Assembly (NCBI GenBank): GCA_963740355.1
Contig: CAVUDW010000003.1
Location: 1,472,001 to 1,536,000 of the forward strand
DNA: 64,000 bases
Reading direction: 5' to 3'
DNA from: an uncultured Gemmatimonadaceae bacterium
GTDB taxonomy: Bacteria > Gemmatimonadota > Gemmatimonadetes > Gemmatimonadales > Gemmatimonadaceae
This document shows, piece by piece, positions 34,412 through 46,374 of this stretch. The translations under genes were made by a program, and so were the position numbers. Under the pieces are notes generated by a model, which made no database searches, had not been told where the DNA came from, and saw only the letters and a list, made by a program, of their open reading frames with translations. Within the stretch, counting starts at the first letter, position 1, and each line of letters opens with the position of its first letter.

Positions 34412-35674
34412 ATGCCCCCACTTCGCGAATCGGCGCAGGCGATCGTGGTCGGCGGCGGCCCTGCCGGCTCCGCCACCGCCTGGGCACTGGCATCGCAGGG
34501 CCTCGATGTCATCGTGGTCGACAAGGCGCGATTCCCGCGCGACAAGGCCTGTGCCGAGTACCTCAGTCCGCAGGCGTCACGCATTCTCGATGCGATGGGT
34601 GTGCTCAGCGTGGTCGAGGAATCGGGGGCCGCGCAGCTCTCAGGCATGCGCGTCCGCAGCCCGGACGGTGGCGTCATTCACGGTGAGTTCGCCGCACAGC
34701 ATGGCTTCCGTGGCTTTCGGGACAGTGGCCTCGCGCTACGCCGCCGTCATCTCGATCCGATCCTGCAGCGCGCCGCAAAGGATGCCGGGGCGTCGTTTCG
34801 CGAAGGCAACGCGCTGGACTCGCTGATCATGATCGGTGAGACGGTGTGCGGCGTTCGTGTACGCATCGGCACCACGATCCGCGAGTTGCGCGCGCCGCTG
34901 GTGATTGGTGCCGATGGGCTGCGCAGCGGGGTCGCCCGAAGGCTAGGCCTGGCGGCGCACCTGCCCTGGCCGCGGCGCGTGGCGTTCGTGGCGCACTACA
35001 CCGGTGTGCGCGACATGGGTGCGCAGGGCGAGATGCACGTCGAGCGTGATGGATACGTGGGACTCGCCGATGTCGGCCACGGCGAGACGAACGTGGCCAT
35101 CGTCGTGCCGCGAGCGCTAGCGAAGGACGCCGCCGGCGACAGCGCGGGCTTCATGACGCGATGGCTGGCGCGGCATCCACAGCTAGCCCCGCGGTTCGTC
35201 GATGCCGTGCGCACAGGCCCTGTGCTCACCACCGGCCCCTTCGCATCACATGCGCGGCGCGGCTTTGCGGCCGGTGCGGCGCTGGTGGGCGATGCGGCCG
35301 ACTTTTTCGATCCCTTCACAGGCGAGGGGATCTATGCCGCCCTGCGTGGCGGCGAAATGCTCGGCGCCTACGCCCGCGACGCCATCCTCGCGTCCTCGCC
35401 GCGCGCGGCGCTGGACGCATTGAAGGCATACGACGCCGCGCGCGTGGCCGAGTTCCGCAACAAGTGGCTCGTCGAACGCGTGATCGGTGCGGCGGTGTCG
35501 TCACCGATGCTCATGAATCACGCCGCGCGCGTGCTTGGGCAGCGGCGCGACCTCGCCGATCTCCTGATTGGCGTCACCGGCGACTTCGTTCCTGCCAAGA
35601 CGGTGCTCCGACCGTCATTCCTGCTTCACTTCCTCGACCCGCGGCGTTGGCGCAGCACGCGCACCGCCGCCTGA
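34412..35674 (+). CDS. FAD-dependent oxidoreductase (geranylgeranyl reductase-like)
   Basis: GGGPAGS, FPRDKAC, GADG, GDAADFFDPFTGEGI. Confidence 0.85.
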   Translation: MPPLRESAQAIVVGGGPAGSATAWALASQGLDVIVVDKARFPRDKACAEYLSPQASRILDAMGVLSVVEESGAAQLSGMRVRSPDGGVIHGEFAAQHGFRGFRDSGLALRRRHLDPILQRAAKDAGASFREGNALDSLIMIGETVCGVRVRIGTTIRELRAPLVIGADGLRSGVARRLGLAAHLPWPRRVAFVAHYTGVRDMGAQGEMHVERDGYVGLADVGHGETNVAIVVPRALAKDAAGDSAGFMTRWLARHPQLAPRFVDAVRTGPVLTTGPFASHARRGFAAGAALVGDAADFFDPFTGEGIYAALRGGEMLGAYARDAILASSPRAALDALKAYDAARVAEFRNKWLVERVIGAAVSSPMLMNHAARVLGQRRDLADLLIGVTGDFVPAKTVLRPSFLLHFLDPRRWRSTRTAA

Positions 35675-35678
35675 TTGC

Positions 35679-36155
35679 ATGCAAATCGACAAGGATCTCT
35701 TCCGCGCGGTACTCGGCCGCTTCGCGTCTGGCGTCACCATCGTCACCACCGTGGATCGCGACGGCCGCGATCAGGGCATGACGGTGAGTGCCTTTTCGTC
35801 GCTGTCACTCGATCCGCCACTGGTGCTCGTCTGCATCGACCACGGCGCCTCGCTCTGGCCGGTGCTGGAGACGGCGAACCACTTCGCGATCAACATCCTC
35901 GCGTCGGGCCAGGAGGCGCTCTCGCGGCGATTCTCCAGTCGCGAGGGCGAACGGTTCGAGGGGATCGGATTCAGCCGCGGCAGCACCGGCGTCGCGCTGC
36001 TCGATGACACGCTGGCCGCCGTGGAGTGCACGATCACGGCGCGCATCGCACAGGGGGATCACTCGATCCTCGTTGGAAGTGTGGACTACGGCATCGCACG
36101 TGACCTGCAGCCGCTGCTGTATTATCGCGGCGGCTACGCGTCGCTCACGCGCTGA
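35679..36155 (+). CDS. Flavin reductase family protein
   Basis: FASGVTIVTT, GMTVSAFSSLSLDPPL, GDHSI, PLLYYRG. Confidence 0.9.
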   Translation: MQIDKDLFRAVLGRFASGVTIVTTVDRDGRDQGMTVSAFSSLSLDPPLVLVCIDHGASLWPVLETANHFAINILASGQEALSRRFSSREGERFEGIGFSRGSTGVALLDDTLAAVECTITARIAQGDHSILVGSVDYGIARDLQPLLYYRGGYASLTR

Positions 36156-36165
36156 CCTGGCGACA

Positions 36166-36867
36166 GTGGGCTTTCTCACGCCAGCACGCCGCATGGGGCA
36201 CGAGGTGCTCGACGACCCGGGTGTGTCGCCGGCGCTGGTGAGTCGCTCGCATACCGACATCGCGCGCGCCAATGCACTGTTCGGCGGTACGCGCGCCGTG
36301 TTGACCCGTGTGCGTGCGATTGCGCATCGCCTGCCACAGTCCCCGCTCGTCGTCGATGTCGGGGCCGGTACTGGCGACATCCTCGACGCGGTGTGCAACC
36401 TGCTCCGCGAGACCGGGCGGCGCCCCCAGCCCGTCGCGATCGATACGGCGGTGGCGCTCGCGCCGGCCGTTCGGCAGCGGGGCAGTTACTTTGTCTGTGG
36501 CTCCATCTTTGCGCTGCCACTCCCGACGGCCAGTGCCGACCTGGTGATCGCGTCACAGGTCGTGCACCACTTCGATGTCGATGGGGTGCGGGCCGTGATC
36601 GCCGAGTTGCATCGCGTGGCACGTCACGCCGTGCTCATCAGCGATCTGCAACGCAGCTGGATTGCGGCAGCGGGATTGTGGCTCACCAGCTTCCCGCTGG
36701 GGTTCCACCCAGTCAGCCGTCACGACGGGGTTGTCAGCGTGTTGCGCGGCTTCGCGCCTGACGAACTTCGCAGTGCCGTGCTCGCGACGACGGGCGTGCC
36801 GGCCGTCATCGAGACGCACCTCGGCTGGCGTGTCACCGCCGATTGGCATCCTGGCCACGCCGCCTGA
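36166..36867 (+). CDS. Class I SAM-dependent methyltransferase
   Basis: EVLDD, ANALFGG, VDVGAGTGD, HHF, DLQR, HDGVVSV. Confidence 0.85.
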   Translation: MGFLTPARRMGHEVLDDPGVSPALVSRSHTDIARANALFGGTRAVLTRVRAIAHRLPQSPLVVDVGAGTGDILDAVCNLLRETGRRPQPVAIDTAVALAPAVRQRGSYFVCGSIFALPLPTASADLVIASQVVHHFDVDGVRAVIAELHRVARHAVLISDLQRSWIAAAGLWLTSFPLGFHPVSRHDGVVSVLRGFAPDELRSAVLATTGVPAVIETHLGWRVTADWHPGHAA

Positions 36868-36909
36868 CGGTCGCCGGCCAGTGCCGCTTTGTACAACCGA
36901 ACCTTCTCC

Positions 36910-37449
36910 ATGACGACACCGACCACGGAAAAACTCCGCTCGCCTTATCGCCTCGGCCCCATGCCGCTGCAGCGGCACATGATCGTGGTCGACGAGCAAA
37001 CGGTGCGCGCGCCGCGGGAAGCGATCTTTCGCATCGCCGCCGATGTGCTCGCGTGGCCCGAGCATCTGGCGCACTACAATTTCGTGAAGTTCCGCCAGCG
37101 TGCTCGCGACGGAGGAGGCCTCGTCGAGATGAGCGCTGATCGACCATTCGGCGGGCCGCTCAACTGGCCGACCTGGTGGTTGTCGGAAATGTCGGTGGAC
37201 GAGTCGATCCCCAACATTCGCTTCAAGCACGTGGAAGGGATCACACGTGGCATGGAAGTCGAATGGCAGTTCCTGCGGCGCGACGATCCGAATGTCACCC
37301 ATGTTCGTATCGTGCATGCGTGGGATGGGCCGTGGTGGCCACTGATCGGTCGCGTTGCGGCCCTGGCCGTGATCGGCCCGGTCTTCATTCACGGCATCGC
37401 ATCGCGCACGCTGGCCGGCCTGGCGCGTGCAGCTGAGCAGCGCACCTGA
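36910..37449 (+). CDS. SRPBCC / polyketide cyclase-dehydrase family protein
   Basis: VRAPREAIFRIAADV..WPEHLAHY, IRFKH, GMEVEW. Confidence 0.75.
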   Translation: MTTPTTEKLRSPYRLGPMPLQRHMIVVDEQTVRAPREAIFRIAADVLAWPEHLAHYNFVKFRQRARDGGGLVEMSADRPFGGPLNWPTWWLSEMSVDESIPNIRFKHVEGITRGMEVEWQFLRRDDPNVTHVRIVHAWDGPWWPLIGRVAALAVIGPVFIHGIASRTLAGLARAAEQRT

Positions 37450-37480
37450 ACGTTCGCATTTTTCCCTTGCTGAGTCATTG

Positions 37481-38725
37481 ATGTCTTTCCCCCGTCGTGT
37501 CGTCGTTACCGGGCTTGGTGCCATCACTCCGATTGGCATCGGCCTCGACACGGTGCGCGCGTCACTCCGCGCCGAGCAGTCGGCGGTCGGCTTGATCACC
37601 CGCTTTGATCCGAGCCCGTTCCGCACACACATCGCCGCGCAGGTGAATGACTTCCACGCCGAGGATCACCTCGATGCCAAGCGCGTCAAGCGCCTCGATC
37701 GATTTGGGCAGCTGAGTGTGATTGCGGCCAACATGGCGCTCGCTGACTCAGGCATCGACCTCGCCAAGGAGTCGCGCGAAAAGATAGGCGTCATGATGGG
37801 CACGGCGTTGGCGGGTGTGGGTTATGCCGAGGAGCAGCTTGGCCGCTACCTCGTGGGCGGATTGCGCGCCGTCGATGCGACGCTGGCGCTGGCCGTGTTC
37901 GGTGGCGCGTCGAGTTGCAACATCGCGATCGAAACCGGTGTGCAAGGCCCGAACTCCACCAACGCGATGAGTTGTGCGTCCGGCGCAATCGCGATCGGTG
38001 AGGCATACCGGCAGGTGCGCGATGGTTATGCCGACGTCATGATCGGCGGTGGCGCTGAAGCACCTCTCGCGCCGCTCTGCTTTGGCGCGTTCGCGTTGAT
38101 TCGCGCGATGTCCACGCGTAACGACGACCCGACGCACGCCAGTCGGCCGTTCGACGCCGATCGCGACGGCTTCGTGATGGGAGAAGGTGGTGCATCGCTG
38201 ATTCTCGAGGAACGCGACCGCGCCATCGCACGCGGCGCGAAGATCTACGGCGAGATCGTCGGTTTCGGCACTACCAACGACGCCCATCACATGACGGCCC
38301 CGCTCCCAGGCGGCGCGCAGGCTGCACGCGCCATGCAGCAGGCACTCGCGCGCGCCGACCTGACGCCGTCGGATGTGGATTACATCAATGCCCACGCCAG
38401 TGCCACGCCGCTCAATGATCCGACCGAAGCCGATGCCATGCGCACCGTGTTCGGCGAGGCGCTGGAGGACGTCTGGGTCAGCGGCACCAAGGGGTATCAC
38501 GGCCACGCGCTCGGTGCCAGCGGCGCCATCGAGGCGGTGATCTGCATGCTGTCGATGCAGGATGGATGGATTCCGCCCACGGTCAACCTCGACACGAGTG
38601 ATGCGGCATGCGCGGTTCGACACGTGCCGAAGGGTGGCGTACACCTGTCCCCGCAGGTGGTGATGTCGAACTCTTTCGGCTTTGGCGGCATCAATGCCTC
38701 ACTCGTGTTTCGCGCGCCGCACTAA
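37481..38725 (+). CDS. fabF: Beta-ketoacyl-ACP synthase II family
   Basis: RRVVVTGLG, SCASG (Cys), SRPFDADRDGFVMGEG, NAHAS, GHALGA, SNSFGFGG. Confidence 0.85.
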   Translation: MSFPRRVVVTGLGAITPIGIGLDTVRASLRAEQSAVGLITRFDPSPFRTHIAAQVNDFHAEDHLDAKRVKRLDRFGQLSVIAANMALADSGIDLAKESREKIGVMMGTALAGVGYAEEQLGRYLVGGLRAVDATLALAVFGGASSCNIAIETGVQGPNSTNAMSCASGAIAIGEAYRQVRDGYADVMIGGGAEAPLAPLCFGAFALIRAMSTRNDDPTHASRPFDADRDGFVMGEGGASLILEERDRAIARGAKIYGEIVGFGTTNDAHHMTAPLPGGAQAARAMQQALARADLTPSDVDYINAHASATPLNDPTEADAMRTVFGEALEDVWVSGTKGYHGHALGASGAIEAVICMLSMQDGWIPPTVNLDTSDAACAVRHVPKGGVHLSPQVVMSNSFGFGGINASLVFRAPH

Positions 38726-38782
38726 CCGGCTAAGCCCGCTATAGTTCCCGGGAGTCATTCACCATTCGGGAGCTGATCGTTC

Positions 38783-39460
38783 ATGAAGCCTGCACGTGAG
38801 TTTGCCGCCGAAGTCCTCGGCACCTTTGCCCTGACGTTCGTTGGTGGCGCGGCCATCATGCAGACGCGAAACGTCGACGCCGGTGCCGGCCTGATGGAAG
38901 TGGCGCTGGCGCATGGGCTGGTGCTGTTCCTTATGATCAGCGCGCTGATGAAGATCAGCGGCAACTTCAATCCGGCGGTGTCGCTTGGCCTGCTCGTGAC
39001 GGGCCGGATCACGCCGCAGCAGGCCGGCACCTTCATCGCGGGACAGTTCGTCGGCGCAGCGGGTGCGGCACTCTCCCTGAAGGCGCTCTTTCCCGAGGCG
39101 CTTTGGGAAGCGGCCCGCGGCACGCGACAGATGGTGTCGCTCGATGTGACGACGGGTCAGGCCTTCGCGCTCGAAGCCATCGCCACCGGCATCCTGATGA
39201 CGGCCGTAATGGGCACGATCGTGGACACCAAAGGCCCCAAAATCGGCGGCCTCGCGGTTGGCCTTGCGTACACTGTCGGCATCCTTGGCATCGGCCCGCT
39301 CACGGGCGGCAGCATGAACCCGGCACGCACGCTCGGCCCGATGTTGGCGACCGGCGTGTATGAAGGCCTCGCCCTGTACCTCGCGGCGCCAATCGTGGGC
39401 GCGGTCGTGGCCGCGTTGCTCTATCGCCATCTGCTGCTTGACGCCGAGCCTGACGCATGA
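38783..39460 (+). CDS. Aquaporin / MIP family channel
   Basis: Two NPA boxes (FNPAVS, SMNPAR). Confidence 0.9.
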   Translation: MKPAREFAAEVLGTFALTFVGGAAIMQTRNVDAGAGLMEVALAHGLVLFLMISALMKISGNFNPAVSLGLLVTGRITPQQAGTFIAGQFVGAAGAALSLKALFPEALWEAARGTRQMVSLDVTTGQAFALEAIATGILMTAVMGTIVDTKGPKIGGLAVGLAYTVGILGIGPLTGGSMNPARTLGPMLATGVYEGLALYLAAPIVGAVVAALLYRHLLLDAEPDA

Positions 39461-39473
39461 TTGCGTCACGTTT

Positions 39474-39929
39474 CAAGGGGTCAGAGATCTTGATCGGGAG
39501 TTTTCGGCCGTAAGACGTTGTGGCTTCAGGCGTTAGGCTCCGATCAAGGGGTCAGAGATCTTGATCGGGGGTTTTCGGCCGTAAGACGTTGTCGCTTCAG
39601 GCGTTAGGCTCCGATCAAGGGGTCAGAGATCTTGATCGGGAGGTTTCGCCCGTAAGGCCCTGTCTCGTATGGCGTTAGGCTCCGATCAAGGGGTCAGAGA
39701 TCTTGGTTTGAGGGGTCAGAGATCTTGGTTATTAGGCTCCGATCAAGGGGTCAGAGATCTTGATCGGGAGTTTTCGGCCGTAAGACCTTGTCGCGTATGG
39801 CGTTAGGCTCCGATCAAGGGGTCAGAGATCTTGATCGGGAGGTTTCGCCCGTAAGGCCCTGTCTCGTATGGCGTTAGGCTCCGATCAAGGGGTCAGAGAT
39901 CTTGGTTTGAGGGGTCAGAGATCTTGATC
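39474..39929. repeat. Tandem array of 71-bp hairpin-containing units
   Basis: CAAGGGGTCAGAGATCTTG starts at 39474, 39545, 39616, 39687, 39744, 39815, 39886, plus two truncated copies. Confidence 0.95.
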
Positions 39930-39931
39930 TG

Positions 39932-39968
39932 AAAAAGCGGGGCGGCCTCACGTCGAGGCCGCCCCGCT
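39932..39968 (-). terminator. Intrinsic terminator
   Basis: AAAAAGCGGGGCGGCCTC...GAGGCCGCCCCGCT; T-run on the minus strand after ORF 39992-40471. Confidence 0.8.
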
Positions 39969-39991
39969 CTGCTTTCCCCTGCGCGCCTGAA

Positions 39992-40471
39992 CTACGGCAG
40001 CTGCCAGGTCACTTCGCTCGACTGCAGCATGTACGAGCTGTTGGCGCCGAACAGCTTTGAACGCGCGCGCAACACCACGGTGGACGTCGAGGAACCGGCG
40101 GCGGCGCGGATCTTGGCTTGATCGGCGACCGCGCTCAGCGTGATCGAGCCGCCGGGCGGCAGCAGCACCGCCTGCGCGGAGCAGACTGCAACGGACGATG
40201 TGACATCCGTCCACGCCGCCCCGGTGCTCGGCCGCGCCTCGATGGTCTGGGCGCAGACACCGCCACTCACATTTTCCTGGAGCGAGCTGGTGACCGTGAC
40301 CTTCATCGTCACCGTCGGGTCGTTGACCGTCGCTGACGGCACCGCGGCAACCGCCGACAAGCGCGTCTCGAGCGGGAGCGTGTCGGCAGGCGCGGTGGCG
40401 CTGTCTGACGCGCAGGCCGACGCGATCAGGGATCCGGCAATCAGTGCAAAGCGCATCGTACGCTTCATCAA
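39992..40471 (-). CDS. Hypothetical lipoprotein
   Basis: Signal peptide with lipobox ASAC, two further Cys, beta-rich; GGAG RBS. Confidence 0.75.
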   Translation of the reverse strand: MMKRTMRFALIAGSLIASACASDSATAPADTLPLETRLSAVAAVPSATVNDPTVTMKVTVTSSLQENVSGGVCAQTIEARPSTGAAWTDVTSSVAVCSAQAVLLPPGGSITLSAVADQAKIRAAAGSSTSTVVLRARSKLFGANSSYMLQSSEVTWQLP

Positions 40472-40686
40472 TCGTCTCCTTTTTTTCTCGGACCAATCAC
40501 ACCGGCAGCAGCGCCGCGGCGGTCGAACAGGCGAACACGACCAGCGTCAGTACACGCTGTTGTGTCTGTTTCGGTGCATACCTCGTGCCGACTGCGTGAG
40601 TCACAAAATAGAAGCAGAGGTCGCTGAAAGAAATTCAGGCGACCTCTGCTGTACTCCGGACCTCTTTCACTACACAACAAGCGAGC

Positions 40687-41235
40687 TCAGGCGCCAGCGA
40701 ATCCTGCGCCGTACTTCGCGTTGTAGCGATCGATGCTTTCCGTGATGATCCGGCGCGCCTCTTCGGCGTCGTACCAGCCGATGATCTCCACGCGCTTGCC
40801 CTCGAGATCCTTGTAGATCTTGAAGAAGTGCTCGACCTCGCGCAGGAAGTGACTCGGCAGGTCGCCGAGATCGTGCACTTCGTCGTGAATCGGATCGTGC
40901 ATCGGCACGGCGAGCACCTTGTCGTCGGGCTCACCCTTGTCGAGCATCTTCAGGACGCCGACCGGGCGCGCGTCGATCTGGCAGCCGGGAAAGGTCGGCT
41001 CATTGATGCGCACCATGATGTCGAGCGGATCGTTGTCCTCGTGCAGCGTGCGCGGGATGAACCCGTAGTCGCCCGGATAGTGCACGGCCGAGTAGAGCAC
41101 GCGGTCCAGCTTCAGGAGCCCCGTTTGCTTATCGAGCTCGTACTTGTTCCGGCTCTTCGCCGGAATCTCGATCACTGCGGTAACGTGCTCCGGCGGATTG
41201 TCGCCAGGCGGAAGGTCGTGCCAGGGATTGAACAT
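40687..41235 (-). CDS. ppa: Inorganic pyrophosphatase
   Basis: NKYE, YPGDYGFIP, EDNDPLD, DKGEPDDK, FFKIYKDLE. Confidence 0.95.
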   Translation of the reverse strand: MFNPWHDLPPGDNPPEHVTAVIEIPAKSRNKYELDKQTGLLKLDRVLYSAVHYPGDYGFIPRTLHEDNDPLDIMVRINEPTFPGCQIDARPVGVLKMLDKGEPDDKVLAVPMHDPIHDEVHDLGDLPSHFLREVEHFFKIYKDLEGKRVEIIGWYDAEEARRIITESIDRYNAKYGAGFAGA

Positions 41236-41315
41236 TTACTGGTGTGATCGAGTGGGCCGGCGGCGGCAGCGCCGCGTCGGCACATCAAAATAGCCACTGA
41301 GAAAAGGGTACGGCG

Positions 41316-42398
41316 TCAGCGTGCGGCCGAGATCGCTCGCGCTGCCGTGACAGCGAAGTACGTGAGGATGATATCGGCACCCGCACGGCGAATGGCCAGC
41401 AGGCTCTCCAGCATCGCCCGCTCGAGGTCCAGCCATCCACGTTCCGCCGCGGCGTGCAACATCGCGTACTCCCCGCTCACCTGATACGCGGCAACGGGCA
41501 TCCCGGTCACGTCCTTGACCCGCCGGATGATGTCGAGATACGCACCCGCTGGCTTCACCATCACGATGTCGGCCCCCTCAGCGATGTCCTGCGCCACCTC
41601 ACGCATCGCCTCGTCGGTGTTGGCCGGGTCCATCTGGTACGCGCGACGATCACCAAAAGCGGGGGTGCTTTCGGCGGCCTCGCGGAACGGGCCGTAGAAC
41701 GCACTGGAATACTTCGCCGCGTACGACATGATCGGGATGTGCGAAAAACCATTGGCATCCAGCGCTGCCCGAATCGCGCCCACGCGGCCATCCATCATGT
41801 CGCTGGGGGCGATCATGTCCGCACCCGCTTCGGCATGCATGACCGCTTCGCGAGCGAGCAGCTCGAGGGTCGCATCATTCTCCACCGATTCACCGTGCAA
41901 CACACCGCAGTGTCCATGATCGGTGTATTCGCACATGCAGACGTCAGTGATCACGAGCAGGCCCGGCACGGCGGCCTTGATCGCCCGCACCGCTTCAGCC
42001 ACCGGCCCATGGGGATCGTAGGCGCCTGACCCAACGGCGTCCTTTTCAGCCGGAATCCCGAACAGAATCACCCCTCCGACCCCAGCCGCCGCGGCCGCTG
42101 CCGCATCCTTCACGCACTCATCCACCGACGTCTGCGCACAGCCAGGCATCGATGAGATGGCATGCCGAATCCCGGTCCCTGGACGCACGAACAACGGCAG
42201 GATGAATTGCGCAGGATGCAAGTGCGTCTCGCGCACCAGCGCCCGCATGCTCGGCGACTGCCGGAGCCGCCGCAACCGCACAGTCGGAAACCCGCCCGCC
42301 ACGCCGGCCGACATCGTCGAGGCAGCCACTTTCGTCGTCTTCGCCGGCGCGGTGCCCTCAGCGCTCGCGAACAACAGATCAGAAAATATCGTGTCCAT
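41316..42398 (-). CDS. hemB: Porphobilinogen synthase (start may be further downstream)
   Basis: RLRRLR, DVCMCEYTDHGHCG, APSDMMDG, YAAKYSSAFYGPFR, MVKP, AYQVSGEY. Confidence 0.95.
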   Translation of the reverse strand: MDTIFSDLLFASAEGTAPAKTTKVAASTMSAGVAGGFPTVRLRRLRQSPSMRALVRETHLHPAQFILPLFVRPGTGIRHAISSMPGCAQTSVDECVKDAAAAAAAGVGGVILFGIPAEKDAVGSGAYDPHGPVAEAVRAIKAAVPGLLVITDVCMCEYTDHGHCGVLHGESVENDATLELLAREAVMHAEAGADMIAPSDMMDGRVGAIRAALDANGFSHIPIMSYAAKYSSAFYGPFREAAESTPAFGDRRAYQMDPANTDEAMREVAQDIAEGADIVMVKPAGAYLDIIRRVKDVTGMPVAAYQVSGEYAMLHAAAERGWLDLERAMLESLLAIRRAGADIILTYFAVTAARAISAAR

Positions 42399-42583
42399 AC
42401 CGCTGACATTACCCTCGTTTCAGTAACCGGCTAGCCGCGTCGAATCGCGCCCTCTCGGTCCTACACTACCGATCTGTCGTTAACGGCCTTGACGCAAAAC
42501 AGCCTGGGGGTACTGCGACAGCCGCAAAACTGCCACAGCTGCAAAACTGCAACTGCGTTAACGCAGAGTAGCTGTGTTGAAAG

Positions 42584-44995
<2,412 letters not shown>

Positions 44996-45377
44996 GAGAA
45001 CTGCCGATCGTCGTTCGCGTCCTTCACTCCCATCGCGCATTCCATCACCAGACTTTTGGGGAACTGCCCTCGCAGTTGCCGTTCCCAAATTCTTTCAAGA
45101 TCCCCCCGCGCGCACCCAGAGAGCGCCCCCATCGCCGTCCATCTGCGTCCCTCTGCGTCTCTGCGTTTTGCTGTGCCGCTGTTCCGCTCTTCACCCCCAA
45201 CGCCCCCGCAATTCGCTGTTCCGCCCTTCGCCCTTTTGCGGCCGTTCAGTCTCTTGCGGTTCGTCCGTTTAGCGGCGCGCGAAGCGCGCTTGCGATAAGC
45301 AGTTGCATTTGCGGTTGCAGTTCCGCGACAGTTCAGTTCTGCGGCTGTTCCGTTCTGCGTTAAAGCAGTTGCAGTTC
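44996..45377. repeat. Intergenic short-repeat cluster downstream of hemC
   Basis: CTCTGCGTCTCTGCG, GCGCGC-GAA-GCGCGC hairpin, and reverse copy of the 23691 element. Confidence 0.7.
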
Positions 45378-46374
45378 AGCCCTGCTCTCGCGCCGCAGCC
45401 GTCGTCGCGCGTGCGTCCGCGAGGATCTCCGCCGCACCAGCGTTCCGCAGTTCTGATGCAAGCGCGTGTGCACTGGCCGTGATGTCGTCACCGACGAACG
45501 TGCTCGCGCGCAGCATCGGTGTGCCGTCGAGGCCTGCCACCAAACCATGGAGCGTGCGACGGCCACCGTCGGACTCTGTCATCAGCGCGCCGATCGGCAC
45601 CTGGCAGCCACCGTCGAGCGCGGCGAGGAAGGCACGTTCACAGTTCGTCGCATCCATCGTCGGTTGATGATTGAGCTTCGCGACGATCGCGCTCACCTCG
45701 GCGTCGTCGCGACGCACCTGAATTGCAATCGCGCCCTGCCCTGCAGCCGAGAGCCATTCCGGTGCGCTGAGGAAGCTGCGGATGCGCGACGACAGGCCGA
45801 GGCGATTGAGACCAGCCGCCGCAAGGATCGCGGCGTGACAGAGCCCCTTGTCGAGCTTCGAGAGTCGCGTCCCGACATTGCCGCGCAGATCGACCACCGT
45901 GCAATCCGGTCGCAGTGCCTTCAACTGCGCACGTCGGCGCAGGCTCGACGTGCCGATGATCGCGCCGCGCGGCAGTTCGTGCAGCAAGGCGCCCGGCACG
46001 TCATCACGCACCACCAGTGCATCGCGCGAATCCTCGCGGGGCAACTGTGCCAGCACCGTCAGCCCCTCTGGCTCGTCCGTCGGCAGGTCCTTCAATGAGT
46101 GTACGCAGAGGTCTGTCACGCCTTCACGCAGGTCGCGCTCCAGCTCCTCCGTGAAGAGCCCCTTGCTGCCAATCGCGGTCAGCGCGACATCGAGCCGGCG
46201 ATCACCGACGGTGGTGTACGTGACCAACTCACTCGTCACCCCGATGGCCGTCAGGTGCGCCTGCACCGTGTGCGCCTGCGCCAAGGCGAGGGCAGACGAC
46301 CGGGTACCGATCTTCAGGTGTCGCGGGCCTGACGGTGTGGCGGCGTGCGTGGCTGCTGGCGTCTCTGTGGTCAT
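45376..46374 (-). CDS. hemC: Hydroxymethylbilane synthase
   Basis: IGTRSSALALAQ, KGLFTEELE, VHSLKDLP, GTSSLRR, LRGNV, GGCQVPIG. Confidence 0.95.
   Translation of the reverse strand: MTTETPAATHAATPSGPRHLKIGTRSSALALAQAHTVQAHLTAIGVTSELVTYTTVGDRRLDVALTAIGSKGLFTEELERDLREGVTDLCVHSLKDLPTDEPEGLTVLAQLPREDSRDALVVRDDVPGALLHELPRGAIIGTSSLRRRAQLKALRPDCTVVDLRGNVGTRLSKLDKGLCHAAILAAAGLNRLGLSSRIRSFLSAPEWLSAAGQGAIAIQVRRDDAEVSAIVAKLNHQPTMDATNCERAFLAALDGGCQVPIGALMTESDGGRRTLHGLVAGLDGTPMLRASTFVGDDITASAHALASELRNAGAAEILADARATTAAAREQG

Noticed and set aside
39474..39929. CRISPR array
   Set aside because: The 'spacers' are variants of one sequence (two identical), units are irregularly truncated, and no cas genes are in the window.
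39474..39929. Integron attC array (each unit contains GTTAGGC)
   Set aside because: No matching RYYYAAC inverse core, no cassette ORFs between units and no integrase in the window.
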